Shown piece by piece: positions 21,618-32,621 of a stretch of DNA of 64,000 nucleotides; the first letter of the stretch is position 1, and every line of letters starts with the position of its first letter. The DNA lies in the NCBI GenBank assembly GCA_963777155.1, contig CAVZPM010000038.1, forward strand, positions 1 through 64,000. The letters run 5' to 3'. Source of the DNA: Candidatus Bathyarchaeota archaeon (lineage in GTDB: Archaea; Thermoproteota; Bathyarchaeia; Bathyarchaeales; Bathycorpusculaceae). Under the pieces are notes generated by a model that was not told where the DNA came from, did not search any database, and saw only the letters and a program-made list of their open reading frames with translations. The position numbers and the translations under genes are program-made.

Positions 21618-22025
21618 TTAGGGAAAAAGCTGTTTTTGCCGTTTTGCAGCTCTGTCACTTTGCAGTTTCCTGTAAACTTGGTCAACCATTTTTCGTTCAA
21701 CGTAACCCTTGTGGGGTCGAAAACCACCCGAAAAACCGCCGGGAATATGCATAAGCTCATGGACTAACGTTCGCTCTCTGTCTTCTGGAGTCATCCTGTC
21801 AAAAATCTCTGAAATGACTTCGATGGTGTAGGATGGTGGAAGGTTTAGGACGCCCTGCCAGATCTTGCCCAATCCATGAATCCTAGCGATGGTGCGCCTT
21901 GCCTTGGAGCCTTTGCTTCGAACGCAAAAAACAAATTGAGGAACAACATGGTAGAATTCGCATTCCTCAGCTAACTGGTCAACTTGTTTTTTGATTTCTG
22001 GAGCCTCAAAATACTTTATCGGCAA
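21618..22025 (-). CDS. Putative Zn metallopeptidase
   Basis: HELMH motif, ARIHGL, GGFRPH. Confidence 0.8.
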   Translation of the reverse strand: MPIKYFEAPEIKKQVDQLAEECEFYHVVPQFVFCVRSKGSKARRTIARIHGLGKIWQGVLNLPPSYTIEVISEIFDRMTPEDRERTLVHELMHIPGGFSGGFRPHKGYVERKMVDQVYRKLQSDRAAKRQKQLFP

Positions 22026-22073
22026 ACTTTCCTTCTCCCGTTTATAGTCTGATATGTTGTTTGGGTTAAAAAG

Positions 22074-24695
22074 CTAGGCGCTTTTTCGCAGGATTTTCTG
22101 CAGTTCCATCCAGAAGGTCGCTGCAAACGACACCGCAATGGCCAATGCCCAACCCTGCCAGCCTAAACCAGTAATCTGAAGAGCAGCCTGGATTGGTGGC
22201 AGAGAGGTACCCACAAGCAAAGTTACAAACGCAAGCAACGCCCACAGAAGCATGATTTTGTTTGAAAGCAACCCTTCCTTAATCAGTGGTTCTTTTTCAG
22301 AGCGGAAGTTGAGTGCCAAGAAGATGTGCCCAAACATCCATGTCGCAAACGCAACCGTTCTGGAGTAAGTGACGTCAGTTGTTGTATAGTAAGCGAAAAG
22401 ATAAGTCGCTGTAACTGCGATGAAGAGGCTTAAAGCGCCCAAGAATAGGCGTTTTAGCATGGGTTTGTTGAGGAACTTCTCTCGAGGGTCAACTGGTGGT
22501 CTTTGCATAGATCCAGCTTCTTCGGGTTCGGCCACGAAGGTTGCAGACGCGGCGAGATCCATGAAGAGTTCAAGCACGATAATCTGGATGGGGGCAAAGG
22601 GTAAGGGAAGCCCAAGAATTATTGGAATTAAGAAAATGGAAACCAATGCGACTTTGCATGCGAGGTAGTAACGGACACCTTTTCGCAGGTTGCTAAACAG
22701 TTTGCGTCCTTCTTTAATTGCGGTTTCTATCGTGGCGAAGTTGTCATCGGTCAAGATCATGCTGGCCGATTCCTTTGCAACATCAGTCCCACGGATGCCC
22801 ATGGCAACTCCTATGTGAGCTTCTTTTAGAGCTGGAGCATCGTTGATGCCGTCGCCGGTGACGGCTACGACTTCGCCATTCTCCTTAAGTAGTCTAACCA
22901 AACGCAGTTTGTCTTCAGGGGTAGCTCGAGCAAAAACAAACGTGTCCTTGAGCGCCTCTTTCAATTCAGCGTCGCTCATTTTTGCGATTTCATCACCCGT
23001 CAAGACACTTGCACTGTTTATGCCAACTTGCCTGGCGATGGTTCTTGCAGTTTCCGGGTGGTCGCCTGTAACCATAATGACTCTGATGCCTGCTTCCTGG
23101 CAACTTTCTATGGCGCCCTTGACTTCTTTGCGTGGCGGATCGATGAAGCCTACGATTCCCACAAACACTATATCCTGTTCAAGGTTTTCTTTGTTGGATA
23201 ATAAGTCAGCGGATAATCGGTGGTATCCAAACGCTAGTAGCCGTTCACCGGAACGTGCCATCTGAGCTATTGCCCCGAGTACTTCACTTCTTAGGGCATC
23301 GGTTAGCGGCGATTCCTCTCCTCGGAGGAGGATGCGGCTGCATTTTTCAAGGATTTTTTCGGGAGCACCACTGGACAGAACTATTTCTGAGCTACCATAC
23401 TGGTAAACATAGGAGGCAAGTTTGCGTTTGACATCAAAGCTCAATTCATCTTTTAGAACCCAATCTCTCGAGACCGCTTGAACGTCAACTTGAGCCTGTT
23501 TTAAGTATTCTTGGATTGCTTGTGCCATCGGATTGCCCAATGTTGAGGCTGGTGCATTGTTACGTATAGCGTCGCTTGCCAAAAGCGCGGTTCTTAGGGC
23601 AGCTTTTTCGTTGTCTTTGAAGTCACTTGTTGAAGTTACCTTGCCGTCAAAATAAAAGTGCTCAACCCGCATCTTATTCTCTGTAATGGTTCCAGTCTTG
23701 TCGGTCACGATTATAGTTACGTTGCCGAGAGTTTCAGCTGCACGCAGTCGCTTAACTATGGCTCCTTTTCTTGACAGTGCATAGCTGCCGACACCTAAAA
23801 CCATGGTGATGATTATTGGGAGTTCTTCGGGGATGACGACAAACGCTAAGGACAAACCGTAGAGCACGGCTTCGCCGGGGTTAGGCTGTAAACCTCTGAT
23901 GTAGCTGAGTACGGGTATTAGGATGGCAAAGAAGAGGGCAACCCAAACCAAAGTTTTGGAAAGTTGTTTCATTGAAAGTTGGAGAGTGGTTTTGGGTTCC
24001 TTGGCTGCTTTGGTGATGCCAGAGATTCTTCCAAGCTCAGTTTTCACGCCTGTTGACGTTATCAGCGATTTGCCTCGTCCACGGGTGATTACGGTTCCTG
24101 TGAAAAGCATGTTTGATTGTTCGGGGATTCTGGTTTCAGTTGGCAGCACTGCTACAGGATCCTTGGCAACAGGGAACGATTCGCCTGTCAACGCGGATTC
24201 ATCAACTTCTAATCCAAACGCTTCCAAAAGTCTGGCATCTGCAGGAACACGCTGTCCTACCTTCAAAAGTAAAATGTCGCCTGGAACCAGAAAAGATGTC
24301 TGCACTTCCACTGGTTGTCCATTTCGAAGCACCAACGCAGTCGGCGGTGCCAGTTGCCTCAGTGCTGAAATTGAGCGTTTTGCGCGGTATTCATTCCAGA
24401 CCTCTGCTAAAACAAGGACAATTATTATCACGATGATGGTCAGGGCATCTGTCAGGCTGCCTAGTATGCTGTAAAGAACTCCGACTGCCATGAGCAAGAG
24501 AATCATGGGTTCAGTGATTTCTTCCCTCAGAATCTCCAAGAAACGGATTTCGTGCTCTTCCACCAAGCTGTTTTTTCCATATTGGTTTAGCCGCTGTGCT
24601 ACCTCTTGGTCCGTTAAACCCCTGTCAGGATTTACGCCTAATGAACGAATCAGCTCTTGTGGGTTTTTCGAATGCGATTGGCTCGTAGGCAGCAC
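22074..24695 (-). CDS. Cation-transporting P-type ATPase (type II)
   Basis: TGES, IPEELP, DKTGT, TGDGINDAPAL. Confidence 0.95.
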   Translation of the reverse strand: MLPTSQSHSKNPQELIRSLGVNPDRGLTDQEVAQRLNQYGKNSLVEEHEIRFLEILREEITEPMILLLMAVGVLYSILGSLTDALTIIVIIIVLVLAEVWNEYRAKRSISALRQLAPPTALVLRNGQPVEVQTSFLVPGDILLLKVGQRVPADARLLEAFGLEVDESALTGESFPVAKDPVAVLPTETRIPEQSNMLFTGTVITRGRGKSLITSTGVKTELGRISGITKAAKEPKTTLQLSMKQLSKTLVWVALFFAILIPVLSYIRGLQPNPGEAVLYGLSLAFVVIPEELPIIITMVLGVGSYALSRKGAIVKRLRAAETLGNVTIIVTDKTGTITENKMRVEHFYFDGKVTSTSDFKDNEKAALRTALLASDAIRNNAPASTLGNPMAQAIQEYLKQAQVDVQAVSRDWVLKDELSFDVKRKLASYVYQYGSSEIVLSSGAPEKILEKCSRILLRGEESPLTDALRSEVLGAIAQMARSGERLLAFGYHRLSADLLSNKENLEQDIVFVGIVGFIDPPRKEVKGAIESCQEAGIRVIMVTGDHPETARTIARQVGINSASVLTGDEIAKMSDAELKEALKDTFVFARATPEDKLRLVRLLKENGEVVAVTGDGINDAPALKEAHIGVAMGIRGTDVAKESASMILTDDNFATIETAIKEGRKLFSNLRKGVRYYLACKVALVSIFLIPIILGLPLPFAPIQIIVLELFMDLAASATFVAEPEEAGSMQRPPVDPREKFLNKPMLKRLFLGALSLFIAVTATYLFAYYTTTDVTYSRTVAFATWMFGHIFLALNFRSEKEPLIKEGLLSNKIMLLWALLAFVTLLVGTSLPPIQAALQITGLGWQGWALAIAVSFAATFWMELQKILRKSA

Positions 24696-24921
24696 CTAAA
24701 CAATTTTAGCGCTAAGATTACAAGTTGCGAAGGGAGCACCCCCTAAAAAGCTTGCGCAGTTAATCGATGGAATTCTGGTCTACAGCGATTTTTGTTTTTC
24801 ACTATTTGTCTTCACTGAGAAGGGATGAAATAATTCACCCAGACTTGCTTAGATGTCTTCAGCAATCAATATGAATCTGCTAAAGATTACATTCTCAGGT
24901 TAGGCGGTGAGCGCCAAAACG

Positions 24922-25291
24922 GTGAAAAAGAATACGGTTACCAGCAATCGCCAAAAAAGTAGCGGAACAAACTTTTGCTAAGCCAGCAACATCAAAGTAT
25001 CCCTTTGAGAAACCAAAGTTAGCGGATGATTTTCGAGGTCAACCAATATTTGACTTTGACCAATGCAGCGGCTGCGGCTTATGTAGCAGGGACTGTCCAG
25101 CTAAAGCAATTGAAATGGTTGAAGTTGACGGAAAGAAACGTCCCCAACTTAACCTTTCTAAATGTGTCTTCTGCTACCAATGCGCCGAAACATGCCCAAA
25201 AAAAGCCGTAAGAAACTCAGCCACCTACGAGTTGGCAACCACTGACAAGTCAACCTTGGTTAAAACGCCTCAGCCAAACAATAAAACCTGA
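24922..25291 (+). CDS. 2[4Fe-4S] ferredoxin-like protein (NuoI/EchF/MbhN-like), not in ORF track
   Basis: PATSKYPFE...FRGQP...CSGCGLCSRDCP...CVFCYQCAETCP...YELAT. GTG at 24922 is out of frame by one base at an A-run. Confidence 0.85.
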
Positions 25292-25443
25292 TTTTTGTTT
25301 CTGATCTAGTTTTTGCTTCGCCAACAACAAATTTAGCCTATTCTAAACACGTTGAAATCGCCTAAAACTGAGCAGTTGAAACCTCAAAAGTCATGAAAAC
25401 TCTTAAATTATACAATTCCCAACTGAACTGCAAGGTCTCCTTC

Positions 25444-26458
25444 ATGTCATCAAACACTAACCAGCTTAAAATCGAAGGCTACGACGAAAACCAAAAAATG
25501 TTCCTTGTAAAATCGCCTTCAGGCAACATCGTGAAGGTTCAAGATACCTTCGCGGAAATGTTCGCGTTGTGGGCAGGAAGAGTCTTGATTACTGCTCAAA
25601 ATGAGAAATGGGCACAAATCGCTGCAAGCTTAACCACAGGGTTTGCCACAAGCGTAATCGCAGCTTCAGCTGAAGCATCGATTGAACGCGCGGTTCCAGC
25701 AGACCAAACACCCGACAAACGGCCTGGTGTGCTTATTCAAATTTACAATCGAGACCGATTTGAACTCAAACATCAACTCATGGAACGCATCGGACAATGC
25801 ACCCTGACGTGCCCAACAACCGCGGCTTTCAACGGTCTTAACGGGCAAACGCACACTTAACGTCGGCAGCAGCCTACGATACTTCGGCGACGGCTTCCAG
25901 AAAAAAGCCATGGTTGGCGGAAGAAAATGCTGGAAAATCCCAGTTATGGAAGGCAACTTTATCGTTGAAGACGGCTTTGGCGCCATGGAAGCAATTGCAG
26001 GCGGCAACTTTATGATTTTCGCAGAAACCCAAGAAGCCGGCTTAAAAGCTAGTGAAGCCGCAGCCGAGGCAATTCGAACAGGCGTTTCTGATGTAATCAT
26101 GATTTTCCCAGGAGGAGTTTGCCGCGCTGGAAGCAAAGCAGGCTCACTTAAATACAAACTAAAAGCTTCAACCAACCACCCTTACTGCCCAACTTTGCGC
26201 ACGTTAGTGCCTGACAGTGTTGTTCCAGAAGGAGTAACTTGCGTCTACGAAATCGTCGTGAACGGTCTATCACTTGACGCTATCAACAAAGCAATGAAAG
26301 TTGGTGTAACAGCAGCTATCGCCGTGCCGGGCGTTGTAAAGATTTCGTCTGGCAACTATGGTGGAAAACTTGGTCCGTTCAAGGCTTACCTGCGAGACGC
26401 AATAGGTGCACCTGCTCCAGAGCCAGCGCAGACCCCGCCAGCTAAACCAAAAGCCTAA
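25444..26458 (+). CDS. ftr: Formylmethanofuran:H4MPT formyltransferase, frameshift near 25853
   Basis: DTFAEMF, TGFATSVI, TPDKRPG, RIGQCTLTCPTT, YFGDGFQ, GGNF, ASTNHPYCP, GNYGGKLG. Confidence 0.95.
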
Positions 26459-26537
26459 ACTTTCTTTTTTTAAGTCGGAACTTTTATTTGATTCCTTTTA
26501 ACGTTAGTTATCAAGTTAAAGAAATCTGTGAAGTTAT

Positions 26538-27808
26538 TTGAGTACCGCACAAAAAAGCTCCCTTGAACTATTCAGGCTAAGAAAAACACTAAACGCCCTA
26601 GCCAACAAAGAGGGCAGCCATACCGAACTCATCACAGTCTACGTACCTCCAGGTAAACAAATTAGCGACGCCCTCAACCTACTTGCGCAACGAATACGGC
26701 ACAGCCAGCAACATCAAATCCAACGTCACACGCAAAAACGTGTTAGACGCCATCACTAAAGCACAGCAGAAACTCAAACTCTTCAAAGACCCAGGTCAAA
26801 AGGGTATAGTAGTTTTTACAGGAGCCTTACTGGCCGAAGGCGCCGCGCCCGGAACCGAACGTATGGAAGCCTACGTCATCGTTCCGCCTGAACCCATCAA
26901 AATCTTCCTCTACCGATGCGATTCACGCTTCCACACTGAGCATTTGCAGGAGATGCTGCGGGAGAAAGAAACCTACGGTATCTTGCTGGTGGACGCCAAC
27001 AACGCTACGATTGCCACGTTGCAGGGGAAACGTATGCAGATTGTGCGACAGATGCATTCTGGTGTTGCAGGAAAAACTAAGGCTGGTGGGCAATCAGCTA
27101 GGCGATATGAACGCTTAAGGGATATGCAGCTTAACGAGTATTTTACCCGTGTTGGCGTCACATGCTAACGACATATTTTTGCCAATCGACACGTTAAAAG
27201 GCATTATTCTTGGTGGACCAGGACCTACAAAATACGATTTTGAAAAAGGCGACTATCTGAATTATCAACTGAAGAACAAAATTCTCGACGTAATCGACAC
27301 AGCTTACGTGGAGGAGCAAGGAGTTAAGGAAGTGGTGGATAAAGCGCCTGAAATCATGCGTAAAGTCCGCTACATCGAAGAAAAGGAAATCATGCAGAAA
27401 TTCCTCTACGAAGTCGGTCACGACACAGGCTTGATAACCTATGGTGAAGGTGAAGTTCGGCGACTGCTTCAGTCAGGTGCAGTGCGAACGGTTTTGATGT
27501 CGGAAGAGCTGGATTTAGTCCGCGTCACAGTTAAATGCGGTGCATGTGGCTTCGAGGAGCAGCACACTGTTAAAGGCAAACAGATGGCTGATTTCGAGAA
27601 GGGCTTGATTGGGAAGCCTTGTGCAGCCTGCAAAGCTCCATCCATGACTATAGTGGACAAGAAAGATGTCGTCGACGACTTGGCAGAACTCGCAGAGCTC
27701 TCAAACACTGAGGTCGAAATCATCTCAAGCGAAACCGAAGAGGGCCAGATGCTCAAGAACGCTTTCGGCGGCATAGCGGCGATTCTAAGATTCAAAATGC
27801 AGGGGTAA
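26538..27808 (+). CDS. prf1: Peptide chain release factor aRF1, frameshifts near 26682 and 27160
   Basis: TASNIKS, YRCDSRF, GGQSARRY, FGGIAAILRF. Confidence 0.95.
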
Positions 27809-27843
27809 CAAAATCCTCTATAGTGAAATGTTACGACGCTCCT

Positions 27844-28614
27844 CTATGCGCTTATTTTTGGTGGTGGACGTACCTTTCGTCTGCCAAGTTTTATACGTAA
27901 TGCGATGCGGTAGAGTTTGCGCAACGACTTGACCAGTTGCTCAAGAGTAGGCGCGGTGGAGTAAATCAATGGGATCTGCTCGTACTCAGCTATTCTAATT
28001 GTTTCCTCATCAGGCATTGTTTTGTGGAAAACAACTATGCGTGGTTTAAGGCTGCTGACACGCACAATCATCATGGGCAAACATCCCGCTTCAATGTTGG
28101 TAAATATTAGGGCACGCTCGGTTGAGGCGCCAAAAAGCTGCGTGTACTCGGAGCCTGAGTATGCTTCAACTGCTTTTCTGCTGTCAACGACGGTGTAGCC
28201 GTTGACTTCTTTTACGTATTTTTCTTTGCAAGCTACAACTTCGCCGCCGATAGCTTTGCACAGGTACTCCACCCTGACGGGTATGGGAAACTCGCGCAGG
28301 TCAACAACTGCCATGCTGGGTGAACTTGTTAGTTTAGCGAATTCCCGGATAAATCGGCTGCCTTTACTCTCGTCAATGTGTAGAAGCGAGAGCACAAATC
28401 TGCGGATGAATTTGGCACCAGGGCTTTTTCTTCTGCCGCTCTCATAGTCACTTATGACTGAAGATGAGAGCCCCATGGCTTCGGAGAGGTTGATTTGGGA
28501 AACAGCGAAGAGTTCGCGCCACTTCTTCATGGTTGAGCCTGGTTTGCTTGAAAGAATTATTTCCCCAGCGATTCTTCTCGCTAAGACTTCCCTTAGACCA
28601 GGCGACACAGACAT
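27844..28614 (-). CDS. XRE-HTH transcriptional regulator (archaeal)
   Basis: IAGEIILS...KKWRELF...SVISDYESGRRKSPG. Confidence 0.85.
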   Translation of the reverse strand: MSVSPGLREVLARRIAGEIILSSKPGSTMKKWRELFAVSQINLSEAMGLSSSVISDYESGRRKSPGAKFIRRFVLSLLHIDESKGSRFIREFAKLTSSPSMAVVDLREFPIPVRVEYLCKAIGGEVVACKEKYVKEVNGYTVVDSRKAVEAYSGSEYTQLFGASTERALIFTNIEAGCLPMMIVRVSSLKPRIVVFHKTMPDEETIRIAEYEQIPLIYSTAPTLEQLVKSLRKLYRIALRIKLGRRKVRPPPKISA

Positions 28615-28862
28615 GAAATAATTCCCCAGGCGTTCACTGTTCCCTTCAGGGATGAGGTATAAAACCATAGCGTTTCTTCCCAATAGAAAACCTAAAAATT
28701 ATGGATAAGTAAACCAATGTTCTGCAAATACATGTAAGATTTTGGCCATTTTTCCAGTTGATGCCTAGCTGGTATATCTGATTGCTGAATGTGGTTTATT
28801 AGGAAGTTCAAGTTATTATTGAGCTACATCGCGAAATCAACTAAAAAAAGGAGTGATATGAA

Positions 28863-29153
28863 ATGACAGAAAAAGCTAGTGACGTAATTTTCGTCGGAAA
28901 TAAACCTCCAATGAGCTATGTGCTCGCCATCATAACTGCGTTCTCTTCAGGCGTAAACAAAGAAATTACCCTAAAAGCCCGAGGACAAGCAATCACCACC
29001 GCAGTTGACGTCGCCGAAATCACAAGAAGCCGCTTCATAAAAGACCTCAAAGTGACAAAGATCGCAATCGGCACTGCAGAAATGCCACCACGAGAAGGCG
29101 AAAATAGGTCCAGGATGGTTTCAACCATAGAAATTACTCTCACAAAAGAGTAA
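28863..29153 (+). CDS. albA: Alba chromatin protein
   Basis: VGNKPPMSYV, LKARGQAITTAVDVAE, VSTIEI. Confidence 0.95.
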   Translation: MTEKASDVIFVGNKPPMSYVLAIITAFSSGVNKEITLKARGQAITTAVDVAEITRSRFIKDLKVTKIAIGTAEMPPREGENRSRMVSTIEITLTKE

Positions 29154-29205
29154 TTAACTACGGAAAATAAAATTGAAACTGGGAGTTTTTAATCTCTCCA
29201 TCTTT

Positions 29206-30060
29206 TTACTTTTGTTTCTTTTCCAAGTATGCATCGACGTTTTTCACAATTTCAGTAAAAGCCTTTGATGCCGCTGAATCCTTATGGGAATATACAAATG
29301 GCGTTCCTTTATCAGAATCCACACCAACTTCAGGGTCAATGGGGATGCTGCCAAGAAAAGTTACGTCCATTTCTTGAGCCATCTTTTTGCCGCCGCCTGA
29401 ACTGAAAATCTCTGTTTTTTTCCCGCAATGTGGACAGATGAATCCACTCATGTTTTCCACGACGCCGATGATTGGCATGTGCAGTCTTTGAGCGAATGTT
29501 ATTGCTTTCTTAACAATTGAACTCGACAACTCAGAGGGCATTGTCACGATTACTACGCCATCGATGTCGGGCAAAAGCTGAGCTATGCTTAAGGGTTCAT
29601 CTCCTGTTCCAGGCGGCAGGTCGATGAAAAGAAAATCGAGCTCGCCCCAATCTACATCTGAAAGGAACTGGCGGATAGCCCTCATCTTTAGGGGTCCACG
29701 CCAAATAGTGGGCGCCTGCTCAGGCAAGAAAAAGTCAATAGACATAACTTTCATGCCTAAAGGTCCATCAACTGGGAAAAGACCAGTAGGGCTGGGTTTA
29801 GCCTGCTGCCCCTCTAAGCCAAGTAATCTGGGGACGCTTGGTCCATGGATGTCTGCGTCTAAAACTCCGACCCGTTTGCCCTGCATAGCGAAGGAGGTTG
29901 CAAGGTTCACGGTGACGGTGCTTTTTCCTACGCCGCCTTTGCCGCTTATTATTGCGATTTTGTATTTTATCTTGCCCATTTTTTCTTTAAGTTTTTGTTG
30001 TTCACTTGTCTGTTGTTGCTTGTAAGCTTCAAGCTGCGCCATGTTTCTTTCTAAAGCCAT
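29206..30060 (-). CDS. Mrp/NBP35 (ApbC) Fe-S carrier ATPase
   Basis: SGKGGVGKST, IWRGP, DLPPGTGD, ENMSGFICPHC. Confidence 0.95.
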   Translation of the reverse strand: MALERNMAQLEAYKQQQTSEQQKLKEKMGKIKYKIAIISGKGGVGKSTVTVNLATSFAMQGKRVGVLDADIHGPSVPRLLGLEGQQAKPSPTGLFPVDGPLGMKVMSIDFFLPEQAPTIWRGPLKMRAIRQFLSDVDWGELDFLFIDLPPGTGDEPLSIAQLLPDIDGVVIVTMPSELSSSIVKKAITFAQRLHMPIIGVVENMSGFICPHCGKKTEIFSSGGGKKMAQEMDVTFLGSIPIDPEVGVDSDKGTPFVYSHKDSAASKAFTEIVKNVDAYLEKKQK

Positions 30061-30167
30061 AAAAACACATCGCTAAGTACGTTAAAGTTTGATTCCGAAG
30101 TAAACTAAAATAGTTTATGGTAATTAGCATATAGATAAGCAAACAGTCTCTTCTTAGGCGAAATCTA

Positions 30168-31136
30168 ATGGTTACAATTCAAGATATACAAAATGCCCAA
30201 AAAACCATTGCGCCCTACGCTAAACACACACCTTTAATCCAGTCAAGGTCTCTAAGCGAGTTCTGCAAGGCAGAAGTGTACTTGAAACTTGAAAATCTGC
30301 AGGTTACACACTCCTTTAAGGTCCGAGGCGTTATAAACAAATTACTAAACTTGACATCGGAAGATAAAGCAAGAGGTGTGGTGACGGCTTCTGCTGGCAA
30401 TCATGGGCAAGCGGTGGCTTTTGGAGCAAAAGAGTTGGGTTTTAAAGCGAAAATTGTTGTGCCAACCAACACGCCGAAGATAAAGGTGGAGGGCATAAGG
30501 CAGTATGGAGCAGAGTTGTTGTTGTATGGCGACACTTACCCTGAATCGGAACGTAAAGCCAAAGAAATAGCCCAAACTGAAGGGCAACTCTACATTTCAC
30601 CCTACAACGACGAATTAATCGTTGCGGGACACGGAACTATCGGTTTAGAACTCATCGAGCAGTTGCCAAACGTTGATGTGGTTGTTGTTCCAGTCGGTGG
30701 GGGAGGATTGATCTCGGGAATCAGCATAGCCATAAAGAGCCTTAAGCCAACCGTGCAGGTTTTAGGCGTGCAATCTGCAGCTGTTCCAATAATGTTTGAA
30801 TCCTTAAAGAAGGGTGAAATCGTTAAACCCCACAGGCATGAACCCAAAACCATTGCAGAGGGGCTTTCAGGCGGCGTCGAGAAGGGCTCCATAACATTTG
30901 CGATTATCCAAAAATTCGTCGATGAAATGTTCTTGGTTAGGGAAGAATCGATAAGGCACGCGGTTTATTTGCTTTGGGAAAACGACAAACAGGTTATGGA
31001 GGGATCTGGCGCTGCCGCCGTTGCGTTGCTTCTGGAGAACAAGGATTTGTTTGTGGGCAAGACTGTGGCGTTGGTTTTGACAGGCGGCAACATCGACGAT
31101 TCCTTGTTCCAAACCGTGTTGACCTGGGAAAAATAA
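30168..31136 (+). CDS. Threonine/serine dehydratase (PLP)
   Basis: LKLENLQVTHSFKVRG, ASAGNH, VGGGGLISG, TGGN. Confidence 0.92.
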   Translation: MVTIQDIQNAQKTIAPYAKHTPLIQSRSLSEFCKAEVYLKLENLQVTHSFKVRGVINKLLNLTSEDKARGVVTASAGNHGQAVAFGAKELGFKAKIVVPTNTPKIKVEGIRQYGAELLLYGDTYPESERKAKEIAQTEGQLYISPYNDELIVAGHGTIGLELIEQLPNVDVVVVPVGGGGLISGISIAIKSLKPTVQVLGVQSAAVPIMFESLKKGEIVKPHRHEPKTIAEGLSGGVEKGSITFAIIQKFVDEMFLVREESIRHAVYLLWENDKQVMEGSGAAAVALLLENKDLFVGKTVALVLTGGNIDDSLFQTVLTWEK

Positions 31137-31141
31137 CACTT

Positions 31142-31630
31142 TTAGCCCAATTTGTAACCTATCTTCCTTAGGAACACCCGACGCTCAGCAATGTCTTTGT
31201 CGGTTTCTATACCCTTGATTCTTAACCCATCCACAACTCCGATGATGCCTCTGCCTTGCTCAGTCTCTGCAACTATTATCTCAAGGGGATTAGCGGTGGC
31301 AGCGTATACGGTGCATACCTCTGGTACCTTCTTGATTTTATCCAAAACGTTGAGCGGATAAGCATTCTTTATGAAAACCAGAAAACTGTGGCCGCAGCCA
31401 ACCTCAAAGGCTTTCGCCGCTGCCAACTGCCGCAATTCAGGATCGTTTCCTTCGTGGCGGACAAGGCAGGGTCCTGAGCTTTCACAGAAGCCTAATCCGA
31501 ATTGGATGTTTGGAACAGAATTTACTAGAGCTTCGTAGAGGTCTTCGGCGGTTTTTAAAAAATGCGCCATGCCGACTATTGTGTTGCAGTCTTTGGGCGG
31601 ATCAATCTTTACAGTTTTTAGTTCCAACAT
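31142..31630 (-). CDS. Adenosine-specific kinase family (DUF355)
   Basis: AHFLKTAEDLYE, FCESSGPCL, AATANP, GRGIIGVVDG, FLRKIGYK. Confidence 0.88.
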   Translation of the reverse strand: MLELKTVKIDPPKDCNTIVGMAHFLKTAEDLYEALVNSVPNIQFGLGFCESSGPCLVRHEGNDPELRQLAAAKAFEVGCGHSFLVFIKNAYPLNVLDKIKKVPEVCTVYAATANPLEIIVAETEQGRGIIGVVDGLRIKGIETDKDIAERRVFLRKIGYKLG

Positions 31631-31744
31631 TAACCCTTCCTAAACATTGTTTATTGTTTTAGGGATATAACGTTTTAAGCAATCGTCTTTAGCTGGCAAA
31701 ACCTAAATATCAAGGAAACGTATCTGATTCGGGAAAGTGCACAA

Positions 31745-31818
31745 GGGCTGGTAGTTCAGCTGGCATGAACGCTTGACTTGCACTCAAGAGGTCGGGGGTT
31801 CAAATCCCCCCCAGTCCA
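31745..31818 (+). tRNA. tRNA-Ala(UGC)
   Basis: Acceptor GGGCTGG/CCAGTCC with G3:U70, anticodon arm CTTGA-CTTGCAC-TCAAG, T loop TTCAAAT. Confidence 0.95.
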
Positions 31819-31922
31819 CTTTTATAAGTAAAGTTATAGGCGGTATGTACCCGGATCGTTTGCATCGTAAAGCAATCTTTAAAGGAGCGGAAAGCAAAGT
31901 TAGTAGCTGAGGAGTTTCGCTT

Positions 31923-32135
31923 ATGTCGCTTGAGGAAAACGAGGGACGGCTTAAGTTGAATTTTAATCATCAGGTTACCTTTGACTTGTCTATTGAAAAC
32001 AGGGATTTGAATAAACCCATGCAAGTTAGCATTGGGGTGGCAAGAGACATTTATTGGGAAATGAAGGCTCGACTTGACGAATTAGGCAAGGAATTGGAAA
32101 AGCGAAAAGCACTTGAAGAAGAAACAGAGGAATGA
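31923..32135 (+). CDS. Hypothetical protein at tRNA island edge
   Basis: 70-aa ORF preceded by a GAGGAG RBS. Confidence 0.65.
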   Translation: MSLEENEGRLKLNFNHQVTFDLSIENRDLNKPMQVSIGVARDIYWEMKARLDELGKELEKRKALEEETEE

Positions 32136-32203
32136 ACAGAATTCAGAACCAATCGTCATAAAAAGAAAAGAGGAATTTTGGGTGAAAGCCCTTTTAGAGC
32201 GTA

Positions 32204-32228
32204 GGATCAAATCCCTCCCTGTCCGCTT
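32204..32228 (+). repeat. Degenerate copy of tRNA-Ala 3' end (att-like)
   Basis: ggatcaaatccctccctgtccgctt, 21/25 identical to 31797-31821. Confidence 0.6.
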
Positions 32229-32621
32229 CCGGAAACGAACGCGTAACTATAGGCAGAAGACAAAATAATTCCAAAAATCAGCCCAAATTCCGTTTGAACA
32301 GAAATGTTATTCTGGACAAAAGCCAAGGCCAGTCGCAGGGATGCACCCAAAAAATTCTGGAAAAAATTTTGAGCCAAAATGATACAGTACACATTGATTG
32401 GGCACTAATCCGCGAGAAGCCTTACAGTTGGGCAAAGCGTCCAAGAGTTGAGGGTTTGCTGAGGCTCCGGAACCAAAATAGGAGAAAAGAGCAAATGCAA
32501 AAGCTCTTAAACTGATGGCTATTTCAGTGAATTTTGCCAGAGCCTACTCAGCCCCAACTTATCTCCAATGCTATTAAAAAACTAAAAAAGGGAGGGAAAG
32601 TTTTTCCCATTGATTTGCACC

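Noticed and set aside
22420-24474. Long antisense ORFs within the P-type ATPase (and similarly within katG, rbcL and AMP phosphorylase)
   Set aside because: Shadow ORFs of well-supported genes on the opposite strand.
26538-27808. Frameshifts in aRF1 as programmed autoregulatory frameshifting (like bacterial RF2)
   Set aside because: There are two separate shifts with no stop codon at a slippery site, and similar single-base indels affect about 15 genes in the window (katG, ftr, eif2a, Top1B and others). Sequencing error is far more likely.
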